DNA of 52,536 nt from a virus (Duplodnaviria; Caudoviricetes): IMG/VR virus record IMGVR_UViG_3300043372_000056, positions 1 to 52,536 of that record. One strand, written 5' to 3'. Each line of letters starts with the position of its first letter. The stretch's first letter is position 1. The notes below the pieces were generated by a model that worked only from the letters and a program-made list of their open reading frames with translations, made no database searches and had not been told where the DNA came from. Below are positions 26,401 through 34,505 of this stretch, piece by piece. The position numbers were made by a program, and so were the translations under genes.

Positions 26401-27434
26401 CGCTCACGGGCTTCGGCGGCCATGATGGATTCAGGAGCCACGTCATAGCGCGCGGCGAGCCTGTCCAGCACCATGGCGTTCAGTTGGTCCGCCGTCAGTT
26501 CCTCGCGCGGGGCCGGGCGCGGTGCGCGAGGCGTGCGGATGCGGTTTGCTCGGACGTGATAATCAAAAGCCGGAATTGGAGTCGCCACACCAGGAACTTC
26601 AACAAGGTTACCACGGGAATACTTATGATCAAGTTCAGCGAGGCCACCCTTGGCATAGCCGGGCATGCCAGCATTCCGCATGACGGTGGGCACATAGGCC
26701 CGCGTCTCAGCAATGTCGGGGATAGCGTTGCCCGCTTCTGCCACCCGTCGAGGGCCTGCGTTGTACGCCGCCAGGGCCAGCGTCATGTCACCGCCAAACC
26801 GGTCAAGCTGCTGGCGCAGGTAACGTGCGCTGCCCTCGATGTTCTGCATCGGGTCACGAGGATCAACGCCCAAATCGCGCGCCGTGCCCGGCATCAGCTG
26901 GCCGAGACCGAGAGCGCCCACCCGGCTCACCGCATTAGGGTCAAACCGGCTCTCTCGATGTAGCAGCGACAGCAGCACGTTGGGCGGCAGGCCATACCGC
27001 TCGGCCATCTGCGTGGCCGTCGCCACATACGGGTTCTCTGGGTTGAACCGGACATGCAGGGGCTGAGGTTCGGCACCGGGCACCTGCGGCAACACAGCGG
27101 GCGGGATGGGATTGCCGTCAGCACCCAACTGAGGGGGCCGTGGGGGCACCGGGAGTGCCTGGGCAGGGGTACGGGCCTGCGGCGCGGCAGCGGCCTGTGG
27201 CGCGGCCTGCTGGGGCGGTGGCGGCGGTATCACGGCAGGCGGCGTCGGCGGGATCGGCAGAGGCTGTTGGCGCTGGCCACCAAACAGCGGGGCGGTGGGA
27301 CCCGCACGCCGCTCACGGGCGAAAGCAGCTATCGGGTCAAACGGGGCCTCGCGGTTTGCAGCATTTGACCGACGCATCTGCTCGAGCAGGCCCAAGGCGG
27401 TCATGCGGGGAGGGGCGTTGTTGCGTTCGGCCAT
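23478..27434 (-). CDS. Multidomain (polyvalent) putative virion protein: Pro-rich N-terminus, SLT lytic transglycosylase, HhH-glycosylase-like (DUF7178-like) domain, ART-like domain
   Basis: SLT motifs HRESRFDP, GALGLGQLMPGTA, LAAYNAGP, ETRAYV (~26680-27040); the other domains are from motif recall; domains are separated by YxxGG motifs. Confidence 0.75.
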   Translation of the reverse strand: MAERNNAPPRMTALGLLEQMRRSNAANREAPFDPIAAFARERRAGPTAPLFGGQRQQPLPIPPTPPAVIPPPPPQQAAPQAAAAPQARTPAQALPVPPRPPQLGADGNPIPPAVLPQVPGAEPQPLHVRFNPENPYVATATQMAERYGLPPNVLLSLLHRESRFDPNAVSRVGALGLGQLMPGTARDLGVDPRDPMQNIEGSARYLRQQLDRFGGDMTLALAAYNAGPRRVAEAGNAIPDIAETRAYVPTVMRNAGMPGYAKGGLAELDHKYSRGNLVEVPGVATPIPAFDYHVRANRIRTPRAPRPAPREELTADQLNAMVLDRLAARYDVAPESIMAAEARERIGRAMGYAEGGLADLHQKYESGGRVKRTVGALRRAVRGSAPEPVVENPRAVMGGNNPPRSVLKPTMTPDEAMAIATRPQPGAGVPRLEGDDLERANELSQRVLDFRAAQMRLPVDARVQPRPEDQLFPPARFDQPLEAGPSNVAQELESLRIQNISPTQSLPGSRAAAGLASDLAERYGTTMDRIVGDLDPIARIMRGEEVPGATPAQIASARAGEFYNMRPVYDVLRGQGVSHDEALRRIRQESQAIAGTSPRTDTEQNVLNSAFLQNRMARGLPIDKNTVENVTGPGSGYGMIYDQHPALTQGLLEGTVSLAQNPKPTVFGRNISGDRTAVTADVHNVRAVNMIYNDVNPGGLPASSFDTAAKYREYVDAYTPNAEGVVRGMSDDELREILVARPSGQKVRGQSISTEYPIYNDITTNIAERLGLTPADAQALMWFHYGPRTGLASEAHTVPELLNQRMSITSQALDIPPEEVLRLYTRNMIPLAGVAPAAILAREGEAAPSLEELDQRYAEGGRVMSDEEYDRRLLERMKRDTGRTTESTNAEQARAIRSAGYDAAQLASDIFLPQSPLDAALMVALGPGGRMARLAGSTALMAMEPSEAEAGGLRRAVGRALGRQTPDEPPMVAMHNVRQAGLEKIANNEGVVVAPSIGISRADDPMDSFGEISLIASPQTVDPRRTPVYARDAYTPRYPSVIPKTVRDREKEYVRLYNDDTGESRLLPHTPRNALRVMTNDPWRGGEDFITDNWLLGQITPQFRNMSELRGARDRLVPRTDKSVEDWQNQLGALRQEFREALPDSIRDNFNFIDSHTRNMAEAVQRGPGGMEYINRNYYGNAIPEDLLERTRAHLEAGRDLPATYFEAKPRRIVPLNEFQGAVVPVQASKDVTDLLRRYGVDDIRYYNRLASRDDADRTAQIRQFERLMFGAAPVAAGAAVADLDQKYAEGGAVSAQPAIYDPDAVNTLANQIEAGYV

Positions 27435-27446
27435 GTTACTGATTCC

Positions 27447-27722
27447 TCACCATTTTACCTTGGCCGCCCAAAACGCGGCACTGCTCTTACCCTTGGCGAT
27501 GTTCTCGCCATGCCGCGCCTTGAAGCTGGCGCGCTTCGCCTTCATGCGATCCGACTCACCCTCTTTCGGCTTGCCAGCGGTGCTCGCGCCCTGCTCGCCA
27601 AAGCGGATGACTTTCTCTTTACCGTCGAAACATGCCTTGACGACGTGCGACTTTGTCGCGTGGTCCGGCGTGCGGCGCGGCTTGTTGCAAGCCATCGCGG
27701 CCTTGTCGACGGGCTTGGTCAC
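27447..27722 (-). CDS. Small basic conserved phage protein
   Basis: KSHVV...IRFGEQG...SFKARH...SAAFWA..VKW. Confidence 0.75.
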   Translation of the reverse strand: MTKPVDKAAMACNKPRRTPDHATKSHVVKACFDGKEKVIRFGEQGASTAGKPKEGESDRMKAKRASFKARHGENIAKGKSSAAFWAAKVKW

Positions 27723-27886
27723 TTCTTCTTCGCCGCTCGCATGTTGTCGACCAGATTTGGGTAGGGTCGACCGGCAGACTTGGCCATAGCCTTAGCCGAT
27801 GCCTTGCGCTTCGATGACAGTTCCTTGCTCTCGCCCAGATCGGCGGGGCGCTTCTTGTCCCAGATCGGCTTAGGGCTACGCGGCAT
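27719..27886 (-). CDS. Small basic protein (55 aa)
   Basis: Not in track; MPRSPKPIWDKKRP...AKSAGRPYPNLVDNMRAAKKK; overlaps the terL end and the next start. Confidence 0.7.
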   Translation of the reverse strand: MPRSPKPIWDKKRPADLGESKELSSKRKASAKAMAKSAGRPYPNLVDNMRAAKKK

Positions 27887-30470
27887 AAGGGTTCACCTTT
27901 TCACGTCGAAATTGTGGCGGCTCATCGCGTTCTCGAGCCTGTGGCAGTTCAAACCATCGCTCATTCTTCAAAAACAGAATGGCCTGGGTGAATGTATCGA
28001 CGTAATCATCATGTTCTGCAACCGGAAACTTGGCCAACTGCTTGATGCAAGGCTGTGCCCAGCTTACCGGCTGGCCCCTGTTCTTCCCCGACTCGGGCAC
28101 CCAGACGAAACCTAGCTCCAGTGTCGGGGCGGCCTGATGGGCTCGGCTGACCTTGTCGGCCATGCCCGGGTTGTAGCCCACCGCAGGCACGCGGGCCTGG
28201 CGCAGGTCTTGCAGCAGCGATTGACCGCTGGCCTTAGCCTCGACGAGTATCCGGTCGGGCTTGCGCGGGCGGCGGATGCCATCTTTGACCGATGTCGCAC
28301 CATACTCGGTCGACCAGTCTTTGATCGCCCGGGCGCGCAGGTCAGGATAGCTGAGGTGCTCGTCCCAGGCGTCAATGAGCAGGATGTTGCGTTGACCGCT
28401 GTGGGTGAAGACGGCCCACACCGTGCAGGCTGTCGGATCGCCGCTAGTTTTCTCGGTGAATGCACAATCGTACGATTGCAGGATGTATTCAAACTGCGGC
28501 AGCGGCTTGTCGGCAGGCCATAGCTGTATCTCAGATGTCTTCAGAATGCCGCCCGTGCTCGGCGTCGGATCCTGCTGAAGCTGACCAGCAGTGCCGTACA
28601 CGCCGAGCAATTGTTTCAGTTCAGTGATTTCTTTTGGGCCAAAACGCTCGGCACAGATCAACTCGCCTTTGACCTGGCGCGGATCATACGGGCCGAGCAC
28701 CGTCCTGCGCCGCACACCATCCCACTCAGCCGGAATGAGCAGGTGCTCCCAGCCCCCGATGTCCTCGAGAATGTGTCCCGATATGTCGCGCTCGTGCAGG
28801 CGCTGCATAATCGTGACCATGGCGTCTTTTTTCGGATCGTTCAGGCGCGTGCTCCAGACCACGTCGAACCACTCGAGGGCGCTGCTGCGGATGGCATCGC
28901 TCTGGGCCTCTTGAGCACTGTGAGGGTCATCGAGAATGAGGCGGGAGCCACCCTCACCCGTCGCCGTGCCACCCACTGACGTGGCAAGCCGGTAGCCCGT
29001 CCTGTCATTCTCAAACCGCTGCTTGGCATTCTGGTCGCCGCTCAGCTTGATCAAATGCCCCCAGCGTTCCTGATACCAGGGCGACTGAATGAGGCGGCGA
29101 GCCTTGAGGTTGTCGCGGATGCTCAGGTTACCGCTGTAGCTGGCGCAAAGATATTTATGTTCGGGGTTGGTCAGCCATTCCCACATCGGCCACATCACGC
29201 TGACGATAGTGGATTTGGAATTATGGGTGACGATGTACCCGTCACCAACCATGAACAGGCCGTCTGCGCGATCAACGCGGATGCACTGCGTACTGTCGAC
29301 CTCATCAAGCTTTTCAATCTTGATGTATCGGCCAAATTTCGGATCAGTAGATTTTGTTCTGTTTTCTTTCCGCGAAAGATGGGCGACGTCTTTCGCATAA
29401 AAAGAAACTTTCCATGTCGGCCCAACGTCCCGACCATCCAAAGTGGCTCTAGTTTCTATGGAGTTTGCCTTAATTCCAAGGCTCCTGAGCAGGCGAAGAA
29501 CTTGATTGATAAAAGCAAAGTTACTTTGAGCAAAGAAGCATTGACCGCCGACGGCTATGTTGCCGTCGGTGTCCATCAGGCCTTTGAGAAGATCCCGGCG
29601 CTGCGACACGCTTGCCTGAAGATATTGCTCAGGGATGTGTTTGTTATTTATCAGGTTAAGCTTTCGAAGCTCGGTCATGAGGCCGAGGATCGTATGCCGA
29701 TATCGTGCTTGCGGTTTCCTCACCATGTAGCCTCTGCGCTCGATTTCAGCGCAGACCTCTACCGCGTCTTCCTCAGACATTGTGAAGCTGCTGTTGGCCG
29801 ATGTTCCATCCCCCAGCCAGACACCGAGAACATATGGGTCGACGGGAAGATCCTTGTGTCCATGCTGAGACGCTGCGAAATTCGGCAGTCGAGGCAGCCT
29901 GACATCTTTAGTCGGACGATTGAAGTTTAGCTCAGTTGCGCCGCCGCGCTTTTTTCTCAGAAACGCGCCGTTCTGTCGGTGCCAGAGCTCTTCTGTCGTG
30001 TAATCGTTGAATTGCTTGTATTTTCTATCAAGCCTAACTGTCCAAATATGGTCGCCGTCAACGTCGACGAAAGCGCCATCGTCTGTCCAAACGCGATAGA
30101 TCGGCCTGTCATTAAACACTTCAGACTTGCCAAGAACTTGAACAAGCTGGCCATCCGGGCCGAAGACCATGTCTCCAACATTGAGATCTTCGACCGATAT
30201 CATCCCGCGCATGGTTGGCACAATCGTACCAAGGCGAAGCGCGTGACGCGGCGGGATGTTGATCAACAGCTTGCGAAGCTGCCCGGCAGTGATCGCCTCC
30301 AAATGTTCACATATCTCTTCGATGTGCCACGACGGCACGAACGGCACGCCAGGCTCCACGACGTGCCAGGACTGCTTCACGAACTCGTACATGCTGGCCG
30401 AGGCCGCGCGCCGTTCCTGCTCCCGCCGGATCATGTCGAGCATGACAGCGGGGCTGAGAGGCTTGTTCAC
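27876..30470 (-). CDS. terL: Terminase large subunit containing an intein
   Basis: Walker A NIPPRH/SKS split by the intein; Walker B LILDDPH; MQRLHERD; nuclease QSYDCAF...HDDYVD. Confidence 0.95.
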   Translation of the reverse strand: MNKPLSPAVMLDMIRREQERRAASASMYEFVKQSWHVVEPGVPFVPSWHIEEICEHLEAITAGQLRKLLINIPPRHALRLGTIVPTMRGMISVEDLNVGDMVFGPDGQLVQVLGKSEVFNDRPIYRVWTDDGAFVDVDGDHIWTVRLDRKYKQFNDYTTEELWHRQNGAFLRKKRGGATELNFNRPTKDVRLPRLPNFAASQHGHKDLPVDPYVLGVWLGDGTSANSSFTMSEEDAVEVCAEIERRGYMVRKPQARYRHTILGLMTELRKLNLINNKHIPEQYLQASVSQRRDLLKGLMDTDGNIAVGGQCFFAQSNFAFINQVLRLLRSLGIKANSIETRATLDGRDVGPTWKVSFYAKDVAHLSRKENRTKSTDPKFGRYIKIEKLDEVDSTQCIRVDRADGLFMVGDGYIVTHNSKSTIVSVMWPMWEWLTNPEHKYLCASYSGNLSIRDNLKARRLIQSPWYQERWGHLIKLSGDQNAKQRFENDRTGYRLATSVGGTATGEGGSRLILDDPHSAQEAQSDAIRSSALEWFDVVWSTRLNDPKKDAMVTIMQRLHERDISGHILEDIGGWEHLLIPAEWDGVRRRTVLGPYDPRQVKGELICAERFGPKEITELKQLLGVYGTAGQLQQDPTPSTGGILKTSEIQLWPADKPLPQFEYILQSYDCAFTEKTSGDPTACTVWAVFTHSGQRNILLIDAWDEHLSYPDLRARAIKDWSTEYGATSVKDGIRRPRKPDRILVEAKASGQSLLQDLRQARVPAVGYNPGMADKVSRAHQAAPTLELGFVWVPESGKNRGQPVSWAQPCIKQLAKFPVAEHDDYVDTFTQAILFLKNERWFELPQARERDEPPQFRREKVNPYAA
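29220..30242 (-). mobile_element. 341-aa intein (Ala1, class-3 WCT signature) with LAGLIDADG homing endonuclease
   Basis: Starts ALRLGT, ends IVTHN/S; DHIW (block B), TQCIRV (block F); LGVWLGDG and LKGLMDTDG. Confidence 0.92.
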
Positions 30471-30958
30471 GGGGTGCCTGACGCCTTGGCCATCAGCATC
30501 TGCATGTTCTGGAGTTCGGCATCGCTCAGGTTGCGCAGATCGACAGCAGCAATGGCGATAGGACCGCCACCAGCGCCCGTGTGTTCCTGCTGCACTTTGT
30601 CGCCGTAATCGCGCGGAGCAATCGCCTTCGCCCGCCAGCGGTAATGATGGGCGAGAGCCTGCGCTCGATCCAACTCAAACTTGTCGGGCGCGGTTGCGAT
30701 CACCCGCTCAGCCTTCTCGTCCCAAATTCTAGCGGACCTCACTCTAGCTTCGCGCACGCGCGCGGAGCGTTGCGAGTCATTCTCAATCCAGCGGATCAAA
30801 TTTGCCGTGTGAATGCCAATCTCATTGGCAACAGCCGTCAACGACTCGCCCGTCGAAATCATGTCGCAGATCATATCAATGTCAAAATCAGCATCAGGCC
30901 TGTCCAAAACCGGCACAGGCCCCGATCTGCGTCGCGTTATCGTTTTAATATCTGGCAT
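30467..30958 (-). CDS. terS: Terminase small subunit
   Basis: HTH ICDMISTGESL...; RWRAKAIAPRDYGDKVQQEHTGAGGGPI; overlaps the terL start. Confidence 0.85.
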   Translation of the reverse strand: MPDIKTITRRRSGPVPVLDRPDADFDIDMICDMISTGESLTAVANEIGIHTANLIRWIENDSQRSARVREARVRSARIWDEKAERVIATAPDKFELDRAQALAHHYRWRAKAIAPRDYGDKVQQEHTGAGGGPIAIAAVDLRNLSDAELQNMQMLMAKASGTP

Positions 30959-30963
30959 ACCCC

Positions 30964-30993
30964 ATCATATCCTAGCCCCTTGCATCGCATCAA
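30964..30993 (-). promoter_or_regulatory. Putative late promoter TTGATG-N18-TATGAT, possibly giving a leaderless terS mRNA
   Basis: The -10 element ends 5 nt before the terS ATG; no room for an SD. Confidence 0.4.
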
Positions 30994-31119
30994 GCGGCAA
31001 TGATAGCATCGACGCACGCTGTCCATCCCGGCCAGCGAAACCGCCCCGGCTCGAAGCGCCCTCCACCCCCCGGTGGGGGGCGTTTCCGTTTACAAAGCAC
31101 CCATCAAATTCATGCAATC

Positions 31120-31475
31120 GAAAGCCCGGATTGCTATTTTGTAATCCGGGCATTCACCCCGCCGGAAGCAAAAACCGGCCCCCAAACCGGGCATCGTAAG
31201 CCCCATTTTAGAGCCATTCTGAGCCCCAACGCTCTCATCAGAAATTTAGCACTCTTTTCCTAAATCGAATGCCCGGATTTGAATGCCCGGCCTAAAGGAA
31301 AACCAAAAAGCCGGGCATTCGAATTTCATATATTATTGTGACTGACGTCCTAGACACTTCGTTGCCTGCGGCGTTCCGGCTTGTGCCGGGAACGCCTCCA
31401 GCACCCCGCGTCGTATGTGCTGCAAGCGAATGCCCGGATCGAATGCCCGGTTCCGGGCATTAACCCGGGCTTTCG
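31120..31475. repeat. Cluster of GAATGCCCGG / CCGGGCATTC repeats in both orientations (iteron-like; origin or packaging site)
   Basis: Exact copies at 31146, 31267, 31281, 31311, 31428, 31441; near-copies at ~31121, 31187, 31453, 31465; in the divergent non-coding gap. Confidence 0.8.
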
Positions 31476-31484
31476 AAATTCATA

Positions 31485-31582
31485 TAATTTTTTTTCGAAA
31501 TTCGTCGAAAGGCACTTTTCTTTTTTATCGCCTGCCGGTAAACAGATTTCAGGCAATCACGCCACCCAGAACGGATAACTCA
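31485..31582 (+). promoter_or_regulatory. Early promoter/leader element, copy 1
   Basis: AT tract, AAAGGCACTTTTCTTTTT, TAAAC, CAGGCAATCACGCC, GATAACTCA; same spacing as copy 2. Confidence 0.6.
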
Positions 31583-31583
31583 G

Positions 31584-31856
31584 ATGACCCAGACCACCCC
31601 CAGCGAATTTATCGTCATGACCAGCAGCGCCAAAGTTTCTGGCAAGGCCCGCCAGTTTGGCCGCTACCGTAACGTCGCAGTGCTCGAGATCGAGCCCGGC
31701 ACCCGCCCTGCCATGATCTCGGAGCGCGCCCGTGGCGTGCGCCGGATCGTCTGGCACAGCGGCTCGGTGAGCGTCGGCAAGTCGGACAAGTGCGCTTATG
31801 CTCGTGCCCGGCGTGAGGCCGAAGCCCTCGTCGCCACCCTGCAAGCGGAGGCCTGA
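31584..31856 (+). CDS. Early hypothetical protein
   Basis: 90-aa ORF after the repeated promoter element. Confidence 0.75.
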   Translation: MTQTTPSEFIVMTSSAKVSGKARQFGRYRNVAVLEIEPGTRPAMISERARGVRRIVWHSGSVSVGKSDKCAYARARREAEALVATLQAEA

Positions 31857-31859
31857 GCC

Positions 31860-32141
31860 ATGATGCTCCCCACGATCCACATGAACGGCACCAGCGGGCG
31901 CGCACTGCTCGAGGGCTACTGCGATGCCATCTCGGCGGTTCACGCCGCCCTGGAGGCCCTGGCGCGTGCTGCACCGAATGGTCGCGACTATTACCCCCAG
32001 GGGCCGGATGCCTGCGCCACTGCCGATGCCGAGCATGATGCCCGCAAGCGGGCTCTGATCAGCGTGCTGAACGAATTGCAGGCCCTGGCCGAGCACGTCG
32101 CAGAACAGCATCACTTTACCCGCCGCCCCCTGGAGGCCTGA
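31860..32141 (+). CDS. Early hypothetical protein
   Basis: GGAGG RBS; PTIHMNGTS...PNGRDYYPQG. Confidence 0.8.
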   Translation: MMLPTIHMNGTSGRALLEGYCDAISAVHAALEALARAAPNGRDYYPQGPDACATADAEHDARKRALISVLNELQALAEHVAEQHHFTRRPLEA

Positions 32142-32144
32142 GCG

Positions 32145-32369
32145 ATGACCAGCTACACAGTCGTCTACTACACGGGCGGCACCGAGATGGGGGAATGGCA
32201 TCGCTGCTCACCTGTCGCCACCCTCGAGGAGGCCAACACCATGGCCGATGGGATCGAGCGTGGGGGCCGCGTCGCCTACGTCCGCCCCACCCGCGAGTGG
32301 GATGTGCTCGCCCTGCCCGAAGGCCCCCCGCGCCGGGCACCACACTGCCCGATCCGGAGCCAAAAATAA
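32145..32369 (+). CDS. Early hypothetical protein
   Basis: GGAGG RBS; 74 aa. Confidence 0.7.
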   Translation: MTSYTVVYYTGGTEMGEWHRCSPVATLEEANTMADGIERGGRVAYVRPTREWDVLALPEGPPRRAPHCPIRSQK

Positions 32370-32460
32370 TTTTTACAAAATTCCAAAAAGGCACTTTTCT
32401 TTTTCGGAGCCGAGGTCTACACCGGTTCCAGGCAATGACGCCGATAACTCAATAACTGGA
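32366..32460 (+). promoter_or_regulatory. Early promoter/leader element, copy 2
   Basis: AAAGGCACTTTTCTTTTT, TACAC, CAGGCAATGACGCC, GATAACTCAATAACT. Confidence 0.6.
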
Positions 32461-32468
32461 GAACTCCG

Positions 32469-32726
32469 ATGCTCATCAACCACAACGAACTCACCGCCTG
32501 GAACAACGCCATTGCCCGCTCCTGGGACGTGGCATGCGAGGCCGGTGCCGACACCCATACCCGCCAGTGCGAGGCCATCCTCGCCCTTCAGCGCGCGTTT
32601 GAGACCCTGGCACACTACGCTGATGTGCTCGACAGCCCTGCCCTATCTGCGCACGACCTGCTCGCACAGATCACGGACATGGCCAGCGACATGGCGGGCG
32701 CGGTGTACAAGGAGAGCATGCAATGA
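32469..32726 (+). CDS. Early hypothetical protein
   Basis: GGAG RBS; 85 aa, helical. Confidence 0.75.
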   Translation: MLINHNELTAWNNAIARSWDVACEAGADTHTRQCEAILALQRAFETLAHYADVLDSPALSAHDLLAQITDMASDMAGAVYKESMQ

Positions 32727-33070
32727 GCAACGGACGCACACGATACACTCGCAGCAAGCCGAATGCCCGGTGGGATGCCTATGACGCACTCCCACCCCTG
32801 ACCCGTCAGGCCCTTCAGGAAGGCCCCCAGCAGTGGTGCGACATCGCGGTGGCCAAGACCATCAAGCAGCTACGCAAACAACACCCACTGCTGTCCATGC
32901 GTAGCATCGACAACATCGCTGCTCGTATGGTGGAGGGTTGGCACATGCACGAGATTGCCGAAGCAAAACCCTGGCAGCCCACCCGCAAACCCTACGAGCG
33001 CAAAACCCTCTACCCCGTGCCGTCTCCGCACATCGCGGCAGACGCAACCATGCAACTCAGCAACCGATAA
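32723..33070 (+). CDS. Hypothetical protein (weak DUF6525-like resemblance)
   Basis: ATGA coupling; AYDALPPLTRQAL motif. Confidence 0.65.
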   Translation: MSNGRTRYTRSKPNARWDAYDALPPLTRQALQEGPQQWCDIAVAKTIKQLRKQHPLLSMRSIDNIAARMVEGWHMHEIAEAKPWQPTRKPYERKTLYPVPSPHIAADATMQLSNR

Positions 33071-33081
33071 GGAACACGACT

Positions 33082-33687
33082 ATGGAAATTGATATTCGCG
33101 CTTTGAAAGCCTGCTCATTTGCCATGAGCACCGATGAAACCCGCTATTACCTCAAAGGGGTGTGTCTCGAAATCAGTGACGGCGGCGTGCTAGCAATTGC
33201 CACAGATGGGCATCGCATGGTCGCCATAGCTGCGACCGACGAATGGTCGAGCAAAATGGACGGACATACCGTGCCAGGTGCGAAGGAGATCATTGTTCCT
33301 GCCGATACCCTGAAGCGCATCAAGCTAAACAAGCGCATAACACACGGCACGATAACGCAATCCGGCGACGAATGGCGCATTGACTATTTCGGCGATGCCT
33401 ATGTGTTTAAGCCGATCGATGGGAGCTTTCCATTTTGGCGGCGCGTACTGCCCAAGCACAGCCAGGTCGGTGCATGGGCGCATTTCAACCCGGACTATGT
33501 GTCTGACTTTGGTAAAATCGCGTCAGTCTATGGTGCGCAGTGCTCTATCATACCCGATGGCCCTAACCCGGCGTGGGTGGCGTTTGGCGATGACGTGCCT
33601 GGTATCGGTGTGCTGATGCCTAGTCGTGACGGGATCGACACCGCACGCACACCCGTGTGGACAGCATGGAAGCCTCGCGCAAAATGA
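33082..33687 (+). CDS. Truncated DNA polymerase III beta-clamp-like protein
   Basis: FAMSTDETRYYLKGV, ATDGHR, IDGSFPFWRRVLP, FNPDY, GVLMP match DnaN domains II-III; start 33082 after AAGGA. Confidence 0.8.
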   Translation: MEIDIRALKACSFAMSTDETRYYLKGVCLEISDGGVLAIATDGHRMVAIAATDEWSSKMDGHTVPGAKEIIVPADTLKRIKLNKRITHGTITQSGDEWRIDYFGDAYVFKPIDGSFPFWRRVLPKHSQVGAWAHFNPDYVSDFGKIASVYGAQCSIIPDGPNPAWVAFGDDVPGIGVLMPSRDGIDTARTPVWTAWKPRAK

Positions 33688-33992
33688 CCGACATGACCGA
33701 GAGCGAACCGCTCAAGCTGCACTTCCTATTCACCCCGCACGAGGATCGTGCGGTGCGTTACCTCGCCCAACGCTGCGGCGAGGAGGTGCCGGTGGAGGCC
33801 ATCGCCAATGCGATCTATCTCAGCAAACGCGAACGCCCCCGGACGTGGCGCGTCACGACCATGACGCTGATGCGTAACCTGCAAATCAAATGCGCGTTTG
33901 TCGGACCCATCCAATTTTGCCGCAAAAGCCGCTTGGGTGCGGGCGGCAAAGCAACATACCTCGCAACTCAGAAGGAAGAAACCAATGGATAA
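33684..33992 (+). CDS. Putative winged-helix DNA-binding protein
   Basis: FTPHEDRAVRYL...EAIANAIY...LMRNLQIK resembles an OmpR-type wHTH. Confidence 0.55.
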   Translation: MTDMTESEPLKLHFLFTPHEDRAVRYLAQRCGEEVPVEAIANAIYLSKRERPRTWRVTTMTLMRNLQIKCAFVGPIQFCRKSRLGAGGKATYLATQKEETNG

Positions 33993-34197
33993 GCCCCTAC
34001 CTATGCACCTCGTCGACCTCGAGATGGCCGCCCAGGTCAAAGCCATCGCCCGCAAGCGCAACGACAACCCCGAGGTGGCCCGAGAGGTCATGTTGACCGT
34101 GGCCGAGTACCTGACGCACCGCTCGCAGGGCGATGACGACAGTGCCCGGCACGATCTGCAATATGTCGCAATGGTCGCGAAGGAGTTCATGTCATGA
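33985..34197 (+). CDS. Hypothetical protein
   Basis: Start MDKPL after AAGGA; overlaps neighbours. Confidence 0.65.
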   Translation: MDKPLPMHLVDLEMAAQVKAIARKRNDNPEVAREVMLTVAEYLTHRSQGDDDSARHDLQYVAMVAKEFMS

Positions 34198-34505
34198 GCA
34201 TCTTTAAAAAAATGATCGCCCCGCCGGTTAATGCCCAATACCTCAAATTTTCCGAGGCGGTGCGCGATCAGGCCAGCGCACTAGCGATGGACATTGCCCG
34301 CGCAAGCCACTGCCACCCAGGCATCCCCGATGCCCTGGATGCCCACGTCTCTCTGATGTTGCAGGCCATCGCCGCCGAGCACATGGCGTATGGGCGCGAA
34401 GTGCTTGCCAAGCATTATTTGGCCAGCGCGCTACGGATTGAAGCGAGCGCGCTGGTGCTGGAACTGGCCGCGATTGCCGAACTCAACACCGAGGATGACG
34501 CATAA
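34194..34505 (+). CDS. Hypothetical protein
   Basis: ATGA coupling; 103 aa. Confidence 0.7.
   Translation: MSIFKKMIAPPVNAQYLKFSEAVRDQASALAMDIARASHCHPGIPDALDAHVSLMLQAIAAEHMAYGREVLAKHYLASALRIEASALVLELAAIAELNTEDDA

Noticed and set aside
32-30900. Many long plus-strand ORFs in the track (e.g. 16364..18013, 22421..23539, 14228..15235)
   Set aside because: They are antisense shadows of well-supported minus-strand genes in GC-rich DNA, with no recognisable motifs.
30965-31580. Short ORFs in the divergent region
   Set aside because: They overlap the repeat cluster and AT tracts and lack RBSs; the region is better explained as non-coding.
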